Assembly: GCA_903930455.1 (NCBI GenBank)
Contig: CAIYYT010000002.1
Span: 6,479 to 70,478, forward strand
Source: an uncultured bacterium
Lineage (GTDB): Bacteria; Zixibacteria; MSB-5A5; CAIYYT01
Length of the DNA stretch: 64,000 nt
Reading direction: 5' to 3'
Both the position numbers and the translations under genes were made by a program. The notes beneath the pieces are model-generated. The model did not search any database and had not been told where the DNA came from. It worked only from the letters and a program-made list of their open reading frames with translations. Positions within the stretch are counted from its first letter, which is position 1, and the number at the start of each line of letters is the position of its first letter. Positions 26,948 to 37,652 of the stretch are shown piece after piece.

Positions 26948-28498
26948 ATGCTATGCAACAAGACGATTCAATCAATGAGTAGCACACTTTTCAGAATAGG
27001 TAGAAACGTTTTTTCGAACTGGGTCGGTTATGTCGTTAACATAGTCGTCTCATTCTTTCTAGCGCCATTTATGGTGCACAGCTTGGGGAACGCTGGTTAC
27101 GGAATCTGGGTGCTGGTCGGCTCACTGACCGGTTACTTGGGGGTCCTCGATATGGGACTGCGCCCGGCAATTGTAAAGTTCGTGGCCCGTTACAAGTCGC
27201 TCGGTGACGATCTGATGGTAAATCGGATTGTCAACACGACTCTGATAATTCTCTTATTTGCCGCTGCGATAGTGTTCCTGGCGAGTCTAGTGTTGTCATT
27301 CTTCTCAGTCGGTATCTTCAAAATTCCTGACGAGTTTCATGGCCAGTTTCAGTTGATCATAATCATAGTCGGTCTGAACCTTGCCGCCAGCTTTCCATTC
27401 GCCATTTTTAGCGCCTTATTGGCCGCATTTGAACGGTTCGATCTTGGCAATGCCATTCAAATTTGCGTATTTCTGGTTAGGGCAATATTTCTCGTCGTCT
27501 TCCTCAAGCTCGGGGGAGGGCTTGTTGCGGTCGGAGTGATTGCACTGGCCGCAGGCGTGACCGAATCTCTTTGGAGAGCGCGGCTTTCCCTCAAGCTCTT
27601 TCCGAAACTCGAGATCAATCGGCACTTGGCCGACCGGGATACGTTTAAGTTGATCGCTGCCTTTAGCAGCTACGCATTCATCATGAACATTGCTTCGCGG
27701 CTTTCGTTTCAGACCGACGCGATTGTGATTGGCGCCATGCTTTCGACCGAAGCTATCACCAGCTTCTCCATCGGCTCGACCATGGTCGACTACCTGCTTA
27801 CCTTGATATCGTACATGTCGACCACCTTACTGCCCGTAGTTTCGGCACTCGAAGCCCAGCAGAATTATGAGAAACTGCGCCAACTGTTGATTATCGGCAC
27901 GAAATACTGCGTGGCGATCATTCTCCCCGTCAGCTTCACCTACCTGGTGCTTGGGGAAACCTTTATCAGTCTCTGGATGGGGCAGCAATACGGTCCGACT
28001 TCAGCCAAGGTTCTTGCTATTCTGACGTGCGGGTATTTCGGATTCCTCTCTCAGTTTGTGGCTAACGTAATCTTCGTCGGATTGGGAAAACTGAAGTACC
28101 TCGCATATCTCAATATTGCTCTCGCGTTCGTGAACCTGGGGCTCAGCATTATTCTTGTGAAGTGGCTCGGTATTTACGGTTCCGCACTGGGCACGGCCAT
28201 CCCACTAATCATCAGCGGTTCGATTCTCTATCCCATATACATTTGTCGAACCGTCAAGCTTGGTTTCCTACGATATGTTAGCAAATCCTATATTCGTCCC
28301 CTGCTGGCGTCGCTCCCGTTTTTGTCTCTCATCTTGCTTTGTCATTACCTGATCGATATCAACTCTTTTGGGCGCTTCATAACGGTCGTTGGAACCGCTT
28401 GTATAGTTCATGCTGTCGCGTCGTTTTATGGCGTTCTGGAATCAAACCACCGAAGCAGTATTTCACACAAAGTCGGGAATTTGCTGTCGATGCGATGA
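26948..28498 (+). CDS. Polysaccharide flippase (Wzx/MATE-like)
   Basis: Many TM segments; RNVFSNW..LG..GYGIW..LDMGL..AIVKFVA; TDAIVIG. Confidence 0.9.
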   Translation: MLCNKTIQSMSSTLFRIGRNVFSNWVGYVVNIVVSFFLAPFMVHSLGNAGYGIWVLVGSLTGYLGVLDMGLRPAIVKFVARYKSLGDDLMVNRIVNTTLIILLFAAAIVFLASLVLSFFSVGIFKIPDEFHGQFQLIIIIVGLNLAASFPFAIFSALLAAFERFDLGNAIQICVFLVRAIFLVVFLKLGGGLVAVGVIALAAGVTESLWRARLSLKLFPKLEINRHLADRDTFKLIAAFSSYAFIMNIASRLSFQTDAIVIGAMLSTEAITSFSIGSTMVDYLLTLISYMSTTLLPVVSALEAQQNYEKLRQLLIIGTKYCVAIILPVSFTYLVLGETFISLWMGQQYGPTSAKVLAILTCGYFGFLSQFVANVIFVGLGKLKYLAYLNIALAFVNLGLSIILVKWLGIYGSALGTAIPLIISGSILYPIYICRTVKLGFLRYVSKSYIRPLLASLPFLSLILLCHYLIDINSFGRFITVVGTACIVHAVASFYGVLESNHRSSISHKVGNLLSMR

Positions 28499-28715
28499 TA
28501 CAACCAGTATCGAGATGCGAGCTGCAAGAGAATTCGGTGTTTTGCACCCATGAAAGCAGACTTTGATCCCGAAGAAGGGGTATAATTCCTGTTTCGAAAA
28601 ATCCTTCAGGAATCGACGCACGGCGGCTGTTATGACAAAAAGCAAAGGCAGGTGTTCATGATTAAGCAATTCTCGCATGATCTGGGTTGAAGTTGGAATC
28701 TCAGCGACACTGAGG

Positions 28716-30728
28716 TCAGTTCTTAGTGGTTTCATGGCCGTTGCAGATTGTTGTAAAATCGCGCCATACATTGAAATTGGTCACGCGATGGATCTCTCTT
28801 TCATTGAATTTCTCGATAAACTGGTCGACTAGCATTTGGGTCGAGAGTATCCCCATAAAAGCCATATTGTCCCTAAATGACATCTGCCCTTGCGATTGTC
28901 TTAGGCACTTCTCATGAAGCTTGCCGACCATCGTAGGATTAAATACGCCAGCCTCTTTCACCTTTTCTTCCGACAGCAATTCCTTGACATAACCGGGTGC
29001 CTGTTTCTGTGTAAAGCACCTTGAATCGGGCGCCATGTATGGCTGCTTGGGGCGTTTAAGAATTGCCTCGGGTAACGCTCCATGCATGGCCTTCTTTAGT
29101 ACCCATTTTTCTTTCAGTCCAAAGAGTTTGTAGTGTGGCGGAATCCTTGTCGCCAACTCGATCACACGGTGATCGAGGAACGGATACCGTCCTTCCACGG
29201 CATTGGCGGCTGCCATACGATCACCCTGCGAAGAGAGCAGATACCCTGACAGCAGTGATTTTGCTTCGATGAATTGCGCGCGAGAGACATGATGCCATTG
29301 AGCAAATCGCAATGGCAGCATATGCGCAAATGCATTCATAGAGTCGCTTGCCGCTGACTTAGACTTGAAATCAGCATCATAGAAATCTTTGATTCGAGAA
29401 GTCGCCTTGATTCGTGGTATATGCGAGAAATAGTAGCGATCAGTCTCGGTCAATCCCTCTTTGTAGAATTCCTCGAGGAAATAATTGAAGCGGACTTTAC
29501 TCAATGGTAATGTGGGGTACAGTCGCTTAAGAAGCAGCGGCCGAGATCGTGAGTTGGGATTCTTCGACCAGAAATATCTGATCTTTGTTTCTTTGAATAT
29601 GTCATAGCCGCCAAATATTTCGTCCGATCCTTCACCAGTCAAGACTACCTTGAACCCGGCATCGTTTACCAATCGTGAGAGTAGATACATCGGCGCAGGC
29701 GCGGTTCGCAATATCGGACGCTCGGTGTGCCAGATAACATTCGGGAAACAGGCTGCGATATCTTCATAATTGCACTGTACCTGGTGGTGAGTCGTGCCCA
29801 ATTGCTTTGCCATCAGCCTCTGATTGCTTGACTCATCAAAGGCGCTGTCGCCAAAAACGATTGAGAATGATTCCAATGGATTTGAGGTAAAACTCCGCAC
29901 CAGCGATGCTATGGCAGAAGAATCCAACCCGCCCGAAAGGTACACGCCTACTGGTACATCCGCCCGCAGACGCAACCGAATCGAATCTACTAACAGGGCG
30001 TGTACCTCTTCGGCCCAGGACCCGACGCTGCGACTATCATCGTAATGGTCGGGATACTCCATCGACCAGTAGCGCGCTGTAGAGATTCCTATCTCGCTGA
30101 TTTCCATATACGATCCCGATTCCAGTTCAGCGATTCCACCAAAGGCAGTTTTTGGCGGTGCGCAGGTCCACCAGGTAAAGACTTGATCGAGCCCTTCAGC
30201 GTCTAGTTCTCGCTTGATTGAATGGTCGGCGAAGAGTGCTTTGATCTCCGATGCAAAGTAGAATCGTCCATTTTGAACCGTATAAAACAAGGGCCGTTTA
30301 CCCATCCGATCTCGGGCAATGAACAGCGTGCGCTTATTCATATCATAAATGGCAAACGAAAACTGACCGTTGAAATGCTGAACGCACTCCCGGTCCCACT
30401 GCTCATAGGCGTGGACAATTACTTCCGTATCGGAATGCGTGCGAAATCTATGTCCCAGTCCTTCGAGCACGGGGCGTAACTCAACGTAGTTGAATATTTC
30501 TCCGTTGAAGGCTATCCAAACGGTCTCATCTTCATTGCACAATGGCTGCTGGCCTGTCGACAAGTCAATAATCGATAGGCGGGCATGTCCGAGTACGCAT
30601 TTGTTATCCAGAAAGGCACCGAATTCATCCGGCCCACGGTGACGGATCAAGGAAATCATCTTGACGATTAGATCTTTGTCCGGCGGGCGCGTGCCTTCGA
30701 GTTGAAAGTATCCAGCTATTCCGCACAT
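28716..30728 (-). CDS. asnB: Asparagine synthase (glutamine-hydrolysing) family amidotransferase
   Basis: MCGIAG, HRGPD, LGHARLSIID, FNGEIFN, LSGGLDSS, LTGEGSDE. Confidence 0.95.
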   Translation of the reverse strand: MCGIAGYFQLEGTRPPDKDLIVKMISLIRHRGPDEFGAFLDNKCVLGHARLSIIDLSTGQQPLCNEDETVWIAFNGEIFNYVELRPVLEGLGHRFRTHSDTEVIVHAYEQWDRECVQHFNGQFSFAIYDMNKRTLFIARDRMGKRPLFYTVQNGRFYFASEIKALFADHSIKRELDAEGLDQVFTWWTCAPPKTAFGGIAELESGSYMEISEIGISTARYWSMEYPDHYDDSRSVGSWAEEVHALLVDSIRLRLRADVPVGVYLSGGLDSSAIASLVRSFTSNPLESFSIVFGDSAFDESSNQRLMAKQLGTTHHQVQCNYEDIAACFPNVIWHTERPILRTAPAPMYLLSRLVNDAGFKVVLTGEGSDEIFGGYDIFKETKIRYFWSKNPNSRSRPLLLKRLYPTLPLSKVRFNYFLEEFYKEGLTETDRYYFSHIPRIKATSRIKDFYDADFKSKSAASDSMNAFAHMLPLRFAQWHHVSRAQFIEAKSLLSGYLLSSQGDRMAAANAVEGRYPFLDHRVIELATRIPPHYKLFGLKEKWVLKKAMHGALPEAILKRPKQPYMAPDSRCFTQKQAPGYVKELLSEEKVKEAGVFNPTMVGKLHEKCLRQSQGQMSFRDNMAFMGILSTQMLVDQFIEKFNEREIHRVTNFNVWRDFTTICNGHETTKN

Positions 30729-30776
30729 GCAAATTAAACGATTTCGGTTCTCATTTATTTGATCCTCTGACTTCGA

Positions 30777-32354
30777 CTAAACTTCATGCTGCTCATTCTT
30801 GAGCAAATGCTTAATGATCTTGCCCGATTGATACTTGGGCAGCGCTTCGACAATATCAATTATCTTCGGTACTTTAAAATCTGCCAGAGAGCGACGACAA
30901 TGCAGAAGAATTTCCTTCGTTTCCAGTTCGATGCCGGGCTTCAACACGATTACAGCCTTTATCACTTCCCCTAACAGCCTATCCGAGACACCGACAACGC
31001 ACGCCTCTAGAATGTTCTCATTTGCAATGAGGCACTCCTCGATCTCCTTGACGCTAACCCGATTGCCACCGGTCTTGATAATTTCCTTCTTGCGACCGAT
31101 GATGAAGAGAAATCCGTCCTCATCCTTATAGCCCAGATCGCCTGTGAAAAGCAAACCATCTCGCAGCACTTCCTGCTCTTCGTCTGGCTGGCGCCAGTAG
31201 CCCATCATCACGTTATCGCCCGACACCACCAATTCACCTGTTTTCCCAACAGGTAACTCGTGCTCCTGTTCGTCCATAATCGTCACCGAGATTCCGGTAA
31301 GCGGTATGCCAATCGAGCCAAGCTTTTCCGCCAATCGCTGCGGCGGCAAGTACGTGACTCGTGGTGCGGCTTCCGTCTGTCCATACATGATGTATATTTC
31401 TTTATTGGGAAAAGCGTGCATCAGTTTTCTGGTTATTTCCGGAGCCATGGCGCCGCCGGCCTGCGTAAAATAGCGCATGTGAGGAAACTGTCGGGAAGCA
31501 AAAGTCGACCTGCCAAGAAGAATCATGAAAGTCGATGGTACGCCGGAGAAGCCGGTACATCTCTGCTCTTCCATCGTGTTAAGCACCGTCTCCGGGTACA
31601 TAAATCGATTGTCGATAACGAGACACGCACCGCAGGCGATGTTGGTCAAGAGCAGCGAGTTGCCATAGATGTAATAGAATGGCAAGATGACGAGTGTGCG
31701 ATCGTCTCGCGAGAGGTTCAGATACTCTATCGTCGATAGAGTATTGCTGACCAAATTCAGATGCGATAGCATAACGCCCTTCGAAACACCAGTGCTTCCC
31801 GATGTATAGAAAATCGCCGCCAGCTCATGTAATTTGCCAAAACGACACAAAGAGATCGCCTCCGGGGCTTTTAACGAGGGGGTCGTCTCCGACACATCGA
31901 ATTGCTCAACTTGCAGTGATCGATCAAAGACCAGTGCGCGCAGCGATCGTGATCCGAAATTAGGGATAGAGTCGCAAAGCAACACCTCGACTCCGCAGTC
32001 CGTCTCGAAAATGACCTTGAGCTGACGCCGAAAGTGTGATTGCGCAATCAGAACTTTGACGCCGCAATCGGCCAGAATGAATCTTAGGGTGTTGCCATTT
32101 GCAGAAGTATCAAGGGGAACAACTACGAGCCCGGCTTCCAGAACCCCGAAATATGCAATTGTGTACTCAATTGAGTTTTCCAATAGCAACCCCACACGCG
32201 CCCCATCTCCAAGAGACAGGCGACGCAGATTATTCGCCAACCCGTCGGCAGCGTCTGCCAGCTCGCGATACGTTATGCTGCGATCTTGAACGCTTACGGC
32301 AACTCGATCCGGATAAGAATCGATGCTCTGGCGCAAGAATTGATTGAGATTCAT
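30777..32354 (-). CDS. AMP-dependent acyl-CoA/acyl-ACP ligase
   Basis: IFYTSGSTGVSKG, MYGQTEA, LFTGDLG, GRKKEIIKTGG, LPKYQSGK; likely start MNLNQ at 32354. Confidence 0.92.
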   Translation of the reverse strand: MNLNQFLRQSIDSYPDRVAVSVQDRSITYRELADAADGLANNLRRLSLGDGARVGLLLENSIEYTIAYFGVLEAGLVVVPLDTSANGNTLRFILADCGVKVLIAQSHFRRQLKVIFETDCGVEVLLCDSIPNFGSRSLRALVFDRSLQVEQFDVSETTPSLKAPEAISLCRFGKLHELAAIFYTSGSTGVSKGVMLSHLNLVSNTLSTIEYLNLSRDDRTLVILPFYYIYGNSLLLTNIACGACLVIDNRFMYPETVLNTMEEQRCTGFSGVPSTFMILLGRSTFASRQFPHMRYFTQAGGAMAPEITRKLMHAFPNKEIYIMYGQTEAAPRVTYLPPQRLAEKLGSIGIPLTGISVTIMDEQEHELPVGKTGELVVSGDNVMMGYWRQPDEEQEVLRDGLLFTGDLGYKDEDGFLFIIGRKKEIIKTGGNRVSVKEIEECLIANENILEACVVGVSDRLLGEVIKAVIVLKPGIELETKEILLHCRRSLADFKVPKIIDIVEALPKYQSGKIIKHLLKNEQHEV

Positions 32355-32403
32355 AGGAACTTCTGTATGGCCCTGAGTTCGGATAGTCTCTTTTGACGAC
32401 AGC

Positions 32404-32679
32404 TCAACAGTTGGATTTACTCCTGATGAAACTAACCAAGCTTTCGACGCTGTCCAAATTTGTGGGTAGCATTTCGTCATCAGTTACAGTCACTCCGAAG
32501 TGCTGTTCGAGAAAAGCCACCAACTCGAGGATGCCCATCGAGTCCATAATACCACAACTCATAAATGAATCCGAGTCAGAAAACTTGACGCTTTCATCAC
32601 CAAGCAAATACGAATCGACGATGAACGCTCTTATCTCGGAGCGAATTTTTCCCGCTTCAAACTCCATACTATCCCTCAT
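32404..32679 (-). CDS. Acyl carrier protein
   Basis: Phosphopantetheine motif GIMDSMGILELVAFLE..NLDSV; alternative start 32667. Confidence 0.92.
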   Translation of the reverse strand: MRDSMEFEAGKIRSEIRAFIVDSYLLGDESVKFSDSDSFMSCGIMDSMGILELVAFLEQHFGVTVTDDEMLPTNLDSVESLVSFIRSKSNC

Positions 32680-32729
32680 TGAGCGGCATCACGTATACCC
32701 TTCGCAACACCTGACCGACTATATCCAAA

Positions 32730-33704
32730 TCACTCGGGTAGATCAATTTCCAGCGGCGGCAAACGCAGTGGTTCTGTCGCTTGAATCTTTCGAGCGATAT
32801 GTGCGTAGCCGTGCTCTGCTTCCTGGACCGAAATTCCGAGGACTTTGGCCGCCTCGGCAGCCGGAACATTCGTTTCCATGGCGTGCCAAAGCATGTCCAT
32901 CCGATAGAAATCCAGACCGAAGAAAAACTCTTCCTGAGTAGATCCAGCACTGTAAGTATCGGTTGTTGGAATCCGTTTGATGATTTCCGTGGGGACCCCC
33001 AGATACTCCGCCAGTTGATAAACCTGAATCTTGAACAAATTCGCTATCGGCTTGAAATCAGCGCCGCCGTCTCCGTATTTGACGAAGAAGCCCTGCATAT
33101 GCTCATCCTTGTTGCCGGTTCCTGCTACCGCCCAGTTGCAACGCTCAGCGTGGTAGTAGAGCGTCGTCATGCGCAGACGTTGCTTCAGATTGGAAGCAGC
33201 CACAACTTGAGCGTAGACATTAGGAGTCATGCGCTTGGTATTTGCCTCTTCCCCCGGCTTCTGAATCGTCAAGTGAAAGAAATTGAAAGTATCCTTGGAT
33301 AAAATGCTTTCTGGTATCGTGATCTTGCACTTGTAACTCTTGTCGTACATTGGAAACAACTGCTTTATGGCTTCATCACGCTTCTCGTAGCAGCTCAGAC
33401 CAGTTAGGCCGCCGGTGATATCTTCCTTGATGGCTTCAAAGCCGAATTGAGCCGCCAGTTGGCGGGCAAGTGTTTCACTTTCTCCGGAAGACTCCTGCTC
33501 CGGCATCATGACGCCCAGAACACGCTCCGGCCCCAGCGCACGAGCGCAAAGCGCCGATACGACTGTCGAATCTATCCCCCCGGATATACCGACAACAGCG
33601 CCGCTTTTCTTCAGATCATCACGTACCTGTCGCCGAATCGCCTCACAAAGTTGCTTAGTAACGCGAGCTACATCCAGTTTGAGAATGTCTTCATGAAACT
33701 TCAA
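32730..33704 (-). CDS. nadE: NAD+ synthetase-like (NadE) N-type ATP pyrophosphatase
   Basis: VVGISGGIDS, NLKQRLRM..YY, GTGNKDE..GFFVKYGDGG, PTTD. Confidence 0.85.
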   Translation of the reverse strand: MKFHEDILKLDVARVTKQLCEAIRRQVRDDLKKSGAVVGISGGIDSTVVSALCARALGPERVLGVMMPEQESSGESETLARQLAAQFGFEAIKEDITGGLTGLSCYEKRDEAIKQLFPMYDKSYKCKITIPESILSKDTFNFFHLTIQKPGEEANTKRMTPNVYAQVVAASNLKQRLRMTTLYYHAERCNWAVAGTGNKDEHMQGFFVKYGDGGADFKPIANLFKIQVYQLAEYLGVPTEIIKRIPTTDTYSAGSTQEEFFFGLDFYRMDMLWHAMETNVPAAEAAKVLGISVQEAEHGYAHIARKIQATEPLRLPPLEIDLPE

Positions 33705-33862
33705 TCTTCACCCTTCGCAAGAAAGTATCTGTTTCACCGCAAATTACTTCCTAAAATAGTATCGAACGAAAGCCCGCGAAACTGCAACTTACGCCGGCAT
33801 AAATTCTTTACACACACTCAAGAACTCGTGATCGGTCACAGCCCTGCTTTTACTTTCATTCT

Positions 33863-35374
33863 TTACAGCCCCTCAATTTTGGGGATTGTTCCAACAACTG
33901 AAAATCCCAGCGTTTGTTCGGCATCCTCGATACTCTTGATCGAATCGTCAAAATACTCTGCGATAATTAGCGCACCTGCGCCCAGGCCGATGCCCGCAAA
34001 TAATCCAAGCAGGACAATCATTTTTTTATTCGGCCAGATTGGCACCAGCGGCAGACGCGCCGGTTCGACCACTCTGAACCTTGACTCCATCAACAATGCC
34101 TCCGAAATCTGCGTGCCTTCCTGAGACAGTTTGAACTGGTCTCGAAGATTGCGCGTAGCATCGATCTCGCGCGTCAGCTGCTCGATCTTGGCCTGCAAGT
34201 CCGGCATCAGGCTTGCACGACGATCCAAATCTGAAAGAGTCAGTTTCATGTTGTTGCGATATGAGTACAGTGTTTCAAGTCGCAGCCGCAAGCCGAAGAG
34301 CGTGATCAGATCCCGTATCGTCGCCTCGGACTGCTGTGTAAACCGTGATCGCACAATTCGGCCCACTTCCTCATCAACGTCGTTAGCGAGCCCAAATAAG
34401 CTCATCTTGAGTGTCATGAAACTAGGAGTATTCCAACCAGACTTCCGCATCATTTCCGGCATCGACGCGAGTAGCTTGGTGATTTCTGATTTGTTCTCCT
34501 GCAAGGCAGACGATTCCTCAAGAACAGGAAGCCCGTCGGGCAAGCCCGATAATCGTATCTGTGTATCATGCACGGCCTTTTCCTTCTCGCTAATTTCCAC
34601 TGTGATCGCCTGAACTTCCATGTTGATTTGTTTGCGATTCTCCTGCGACACGACTGCTTCATCAAGCTGTATTTGCAGCAGTTCCTTCTGGATATCGGTT
34701 CTCTGCGTGATCTTATTTTGAAGGTCACCTTCAAAGCTTGTCAACTGGTTGGATGAGAAATCTGAGGTGATTGAGTTGGTGCGGGATTCCTGCTTGGTTT
34801 TTTCCTGAATAAAAATCTCGCCGAGATTTTGCACGATCAGCTTGGCCTCTTCGGGGTTTGCTGATTGTGCCAGAATCTTCACCTGATTGATGCCCGCAAA
34901 TTCAACTCGAATGCGCTTTCTCAGTCCCCTCAGCAGCATGTCAAACTTCAAATCATCCAGCGAGACGCTTGGGTTGTTTACTTGTAGCTTTCGAGCCAGC
35001 AACTCAATCGTGGGATCCTTATCGAATTGTAGATTCTGCACAAGCTGGCTAATATACGGCGAGGATACAATCTCATTCTTCAGACTCTGTAATTCCCTAT
35101 CCATCCTCTCAGAGTTGTCATCGATCGCGGAACCGGCATTGCCGATCAGACGCTGGATATCCTGAGAAAGCCGAACCGGCTTTTCCATGGAGATCGTGAT
35201 CGAAGCTTCATAAATCGGGCTGAGGTAGAAGGTGCCGGCGGCCGTAATAGCCGTAACCAGGACAACAGGGATGACGACCAGCCACTTGCGCCTCCAAAAG
35301 CTCGCGAGGATGTTTCGAGCATAGAAAGTCCTTGATTTTTTGAAATTGTCCAAGCTAAGACTCTCCTTATCCAA
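33863..35374 (-). CDS. Polysaccharide chain-length determinant (Wzz/GumC-like, no kinase domain)
   Basis: WRRKWLVV + TM, PIYEAS, long coiled coil, FRVVEPARLP..PN + TM, LGFSVVGTIP. Confidence 0.9.
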   Translation of the reverse strand: MDKESLSLDNFKKSRTFYARNILASFWRRKWLVVIPVVLVTAITAAGTFYLSPIYEASITISMEKPVRLSQDIQRLIGNAGSAIDDNSERMDRELQSLKNEIVSSPYISQLVQNLQFDKDPTIELLARKLQVNNPSVSLDDLKFDMLLRGLRKRIRVEFAGINQVKILAQSANPEEAKLIVQNLGEIFIQEKTKQESRTNSITSDFSSNQLTSFEGDLQNKITQRTDIQKELLQIQLDEAVVSQENRKQINMEVQAITVEISEKEKAVHDTQIRLSGLPDGLPVLEESSALQENKSEITKLLASMPEMMRKSGWNTPSFMTLKMSLFGLANDVDEEVGRIVRSRFTQQSEATIRDLITLFGLRLRLETLYSYRNNMKLTLSDLDRRASLMPDLQAKIEQLTREIDATRNLRDQFKLSQEGTQISEALLMESRFRVVEPARLPLVPIWPNKKMIVLLGLFAGIGLGAGALIIAEYFDDSIKSIEDAEQTLGFSVVGTIPKIEGL

Positions 35375-35726
35375 GGGTTTTCAGACGACGATCCACTCAA
35401 TTGCTTACAGGAGTATGCAATTCCACAATCACTCGTTATACCCATCGCCAACATCCGAATTCCGGGGAAATAAGTCAAATACAATTTGCCATGATTCAAT
35501 TTCTTGTTCTTATTGTTGGTAAATTGATCTGAATGAAAAAGCCAAAACAGGAAACTTAGCGTGGGACGTTTAATAAATAACATCCCCCCTTTTTAGTGGA
35601 CAAGGAGAAATGATAGAGTTATGGCGCAGAGCGGATGAGGATACGTTATTAGTTCAAGCGCGAAGCGTCGGGGTTTTGACCGCGGGTGGCACGGGAATTA
35701 GTGATGAGCTCCTACCTGTCGCATCA

Positions 35727-35922
35727 AGGACTGTTGAAAAGCCCAGACTGTGTCATCTCGAGGAGTGCGGAGAAGTGATGCCGGGTGTGGAGCACGACGA
35801 AGCAATCTCTTTTGGTGCTATTTCGATGTTGGCGAGCAGATTGCTTCGTCGTCACTGCCCCTCCACTCTTCCTCCAGCCTTGACTCCTCGCAATGACAAT
35901 TTCGGGGTTTTTCAACAGTTCC
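35727..35922. mobile_element. MITE with terminal inverted repeats, 4-bp target duplication and internal REP-like palindrome
   Basis: ATCA|AGGACTGTTGAAAA ... TTTTCAACAGTTCC|ATCA; internal GTCATCTCGAGGAGT/ACTCCTCGCAATGAC and ACGACGAAGCAATCT/AGATTGCTTCGTCGT. Confidence 0.8.
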
Positions 35923-35939
35923 ATCATATTCGAGATGCC

Positions 35940-35972
35940 AAAAAAAGAAGCCGAGACCTGACGGGCTCGGCT
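35940..35972 (-). terminator. Intrinsic terminator of the PEP-CTERM gene
   Basis: Minus strand AGCCGAG-CCCGTCAGGT-CTCGGCT-TCTTTTTTT. Confidence 0.8.
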
Positions 35973-36006
35973 CCATGATTTCCGAAGACTCTACAATTCG
36001 TCTAAA

Positions 36007-36771
36007 CTATGACCGCTTGCGTCCTAACAGGACGACGCCGCTAAGTCCAAGACCCAATAATAGCAGCGTCCCTGGTTCTGGGACGACTTCGTACTGTTTT
36101 TCCAAGAGATCATTGCCACATTCCAAGTTCTGATGGAAAGTTACCTCGCCCGTCGCCCCAAAATTTGAAAGCAACGACTTTTTGAAACGATACTCCCACA
36201 CATAAGTGTCATGGCTGCCACCGGCCATCGGATTGATCTCGAGAGTCGGGTCGTTACTCTTTAGGATGTCAACGTCTCCAATAGTTGTCCCGGTTCCAAC
36301 GCGCCAAGCACCAGCAGCGTTCCTGATTATAGGATCGCTGTAGTACGTCCCTGGAGTGTTAGAAATTCCGGCCACGGTTGCCACATTGACCAAATTACCA
36401 CCACTTGTGATAGCGTAATCGTACTTGCTACCGCCAAAGCCAAAAAAGAGATCGCCGCGACCGTAGGTTCGATTCCAACCTGTAGAATAGGCGTCTTCGT
36501 TAAACGACGAGGTGACGCTCAAGTAAATGAAATCGTTATCGTAAGCAAAGTTGAGGCCTTCAATATCGAATTTCTCCCCACCTTCGCCAAGATTGCCTGG
36601 AGACGGGAGTGAGCCAATACCCGGTCCATAGTCGATGTCAGACGTATTGTTATGTTCGTCGAAATAAGCTGAGCCGAAATCGTGGTAAGTCCAGCTAAAG
36701 TTAACGGCGCTAGCTGACGAGATGTAGAATAACGATGTCAGTGCAAGTGCGATTAAGAATTTTTTCAACAT
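36007..36771 (-). CDS. PEP-CTERM sorting domain protein
   Basis: Signal peptide; FHQNLECGND; tail VPEPGTLLLLGLGLSGVVLLGRKRS. Confidence 0.93.
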   Translation of the reverse strand: MLKKFLIALALTSLFYISSASAVNFSWTYHDFGSAYFDEHNNTSDIDYGPGIGSLPSPGNLGEGGEKFDIEGLNFAYDNDFIYLSVTSSFNEDAYSTGWNRTYGRGDLFFGFGGSKYDYAITSGGNLVNVATVAGISNTPGTYYSDPIIRNAAGAWRVGTGTTIGDVDILKSNDPTLEINPMAGGSHDTYVWEYRFKKSLLSNFGATGEVTFHQNLECGNDLLEKQYEVVPEPGTLLLLGLGLSGVVLLGRKRS

Positions 36772-36830
36772 TACATCCTCCAAGGAGTTATTGGCAAGTA
36801 GTTATTATCATCCTCATGACGAGATTTTAA

Positions 36831-36845
36831 GCAAGATACGTGCCT
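36831..36845 (-). promoter_or_regulatory. sigma54 promoter
   Basis: AGGCAC-GTATC-TTGC, 60 bp upstream of the ATG at 36771. Confidence 0.75.
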
Positions 36846-37593
36846 GACGCGAGTACCTAATTCACTGTGCCTAAAGCACTGTCAGGCAGCGAAATAGAAA
36901 ACAAAACACCTCAGCCCCGTATCGCGTGTGCAGGGCTATGCACAATATGGATATTTCCGAGACCACCAAGAGCGGAATTTGTGTCATCGTGTATCGCGTG
37001 GTTTGCTACGAAGCATAGACAGTGCTGATGATTGCGAACAGTTCTTATCTCGCCGTTCCGTATTGGAGTTGGCCTCACATTACGCTACCGACAGTGGCCT
37101 TGAGTCTCGAATCCTGATGCACCCAGTCTCATTGCTAGCAACGTCTTACGTCATGTCTAGGTTAGCTGTTGGTCACCTTAGCAAATTTAAGTATATGAAT
37201 GACAACACGTAAACACAGCACAGCTAGCTATGCCAGTAATATGAAAGATAATTGCAGGGTGCCTTGCAGCAGTCCCAATCCGTTTATACCTCCATGCAAT
37301 TGGTTTGGTCAATCTCAAACGAGGATTATAGTCGTTATATATATAGGGGCATTGTTTGACTCATCATCTGAATTCTAGGCGACGTATGTCGATAATTTGG
37401 ACAAGTGACAATACCTGGCTAAGTGCTACGCATTGATCGCGTTAGCTACTATGATCGATCTGGTAAACAAAACAATCGTCGGAAAGATGAACAAACTTCG
37501 CGATTCAGACGACAATATTGAAAACACAAGTGCCTTGCTAACCGCATTCTGTGAAAATACTTATGAGAATGACGGAGTGCATGACATATTCAC

Positions 37594-37608
37594 TGGCACG
37601 ATTCTTGC
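37594..37608 (+). promoter_or_regulatory. sigma54 promoter
   Basis: TGGCAC-GATTC-TTGC, 45 bp upstream of the ATG at 37653. Confidence 0.8.
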
Positions 37609-37652
37609 TACTACGTCCTTCAGTAAGGCAAAATTTGCTTGGGAGAGAAATC

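Noticed and set aside
33447..34124. 225-aa plus-strand ORF and the many other antisense ORFs in the track
   Set aside because: Shadow frames of well-supported minus-strand genes
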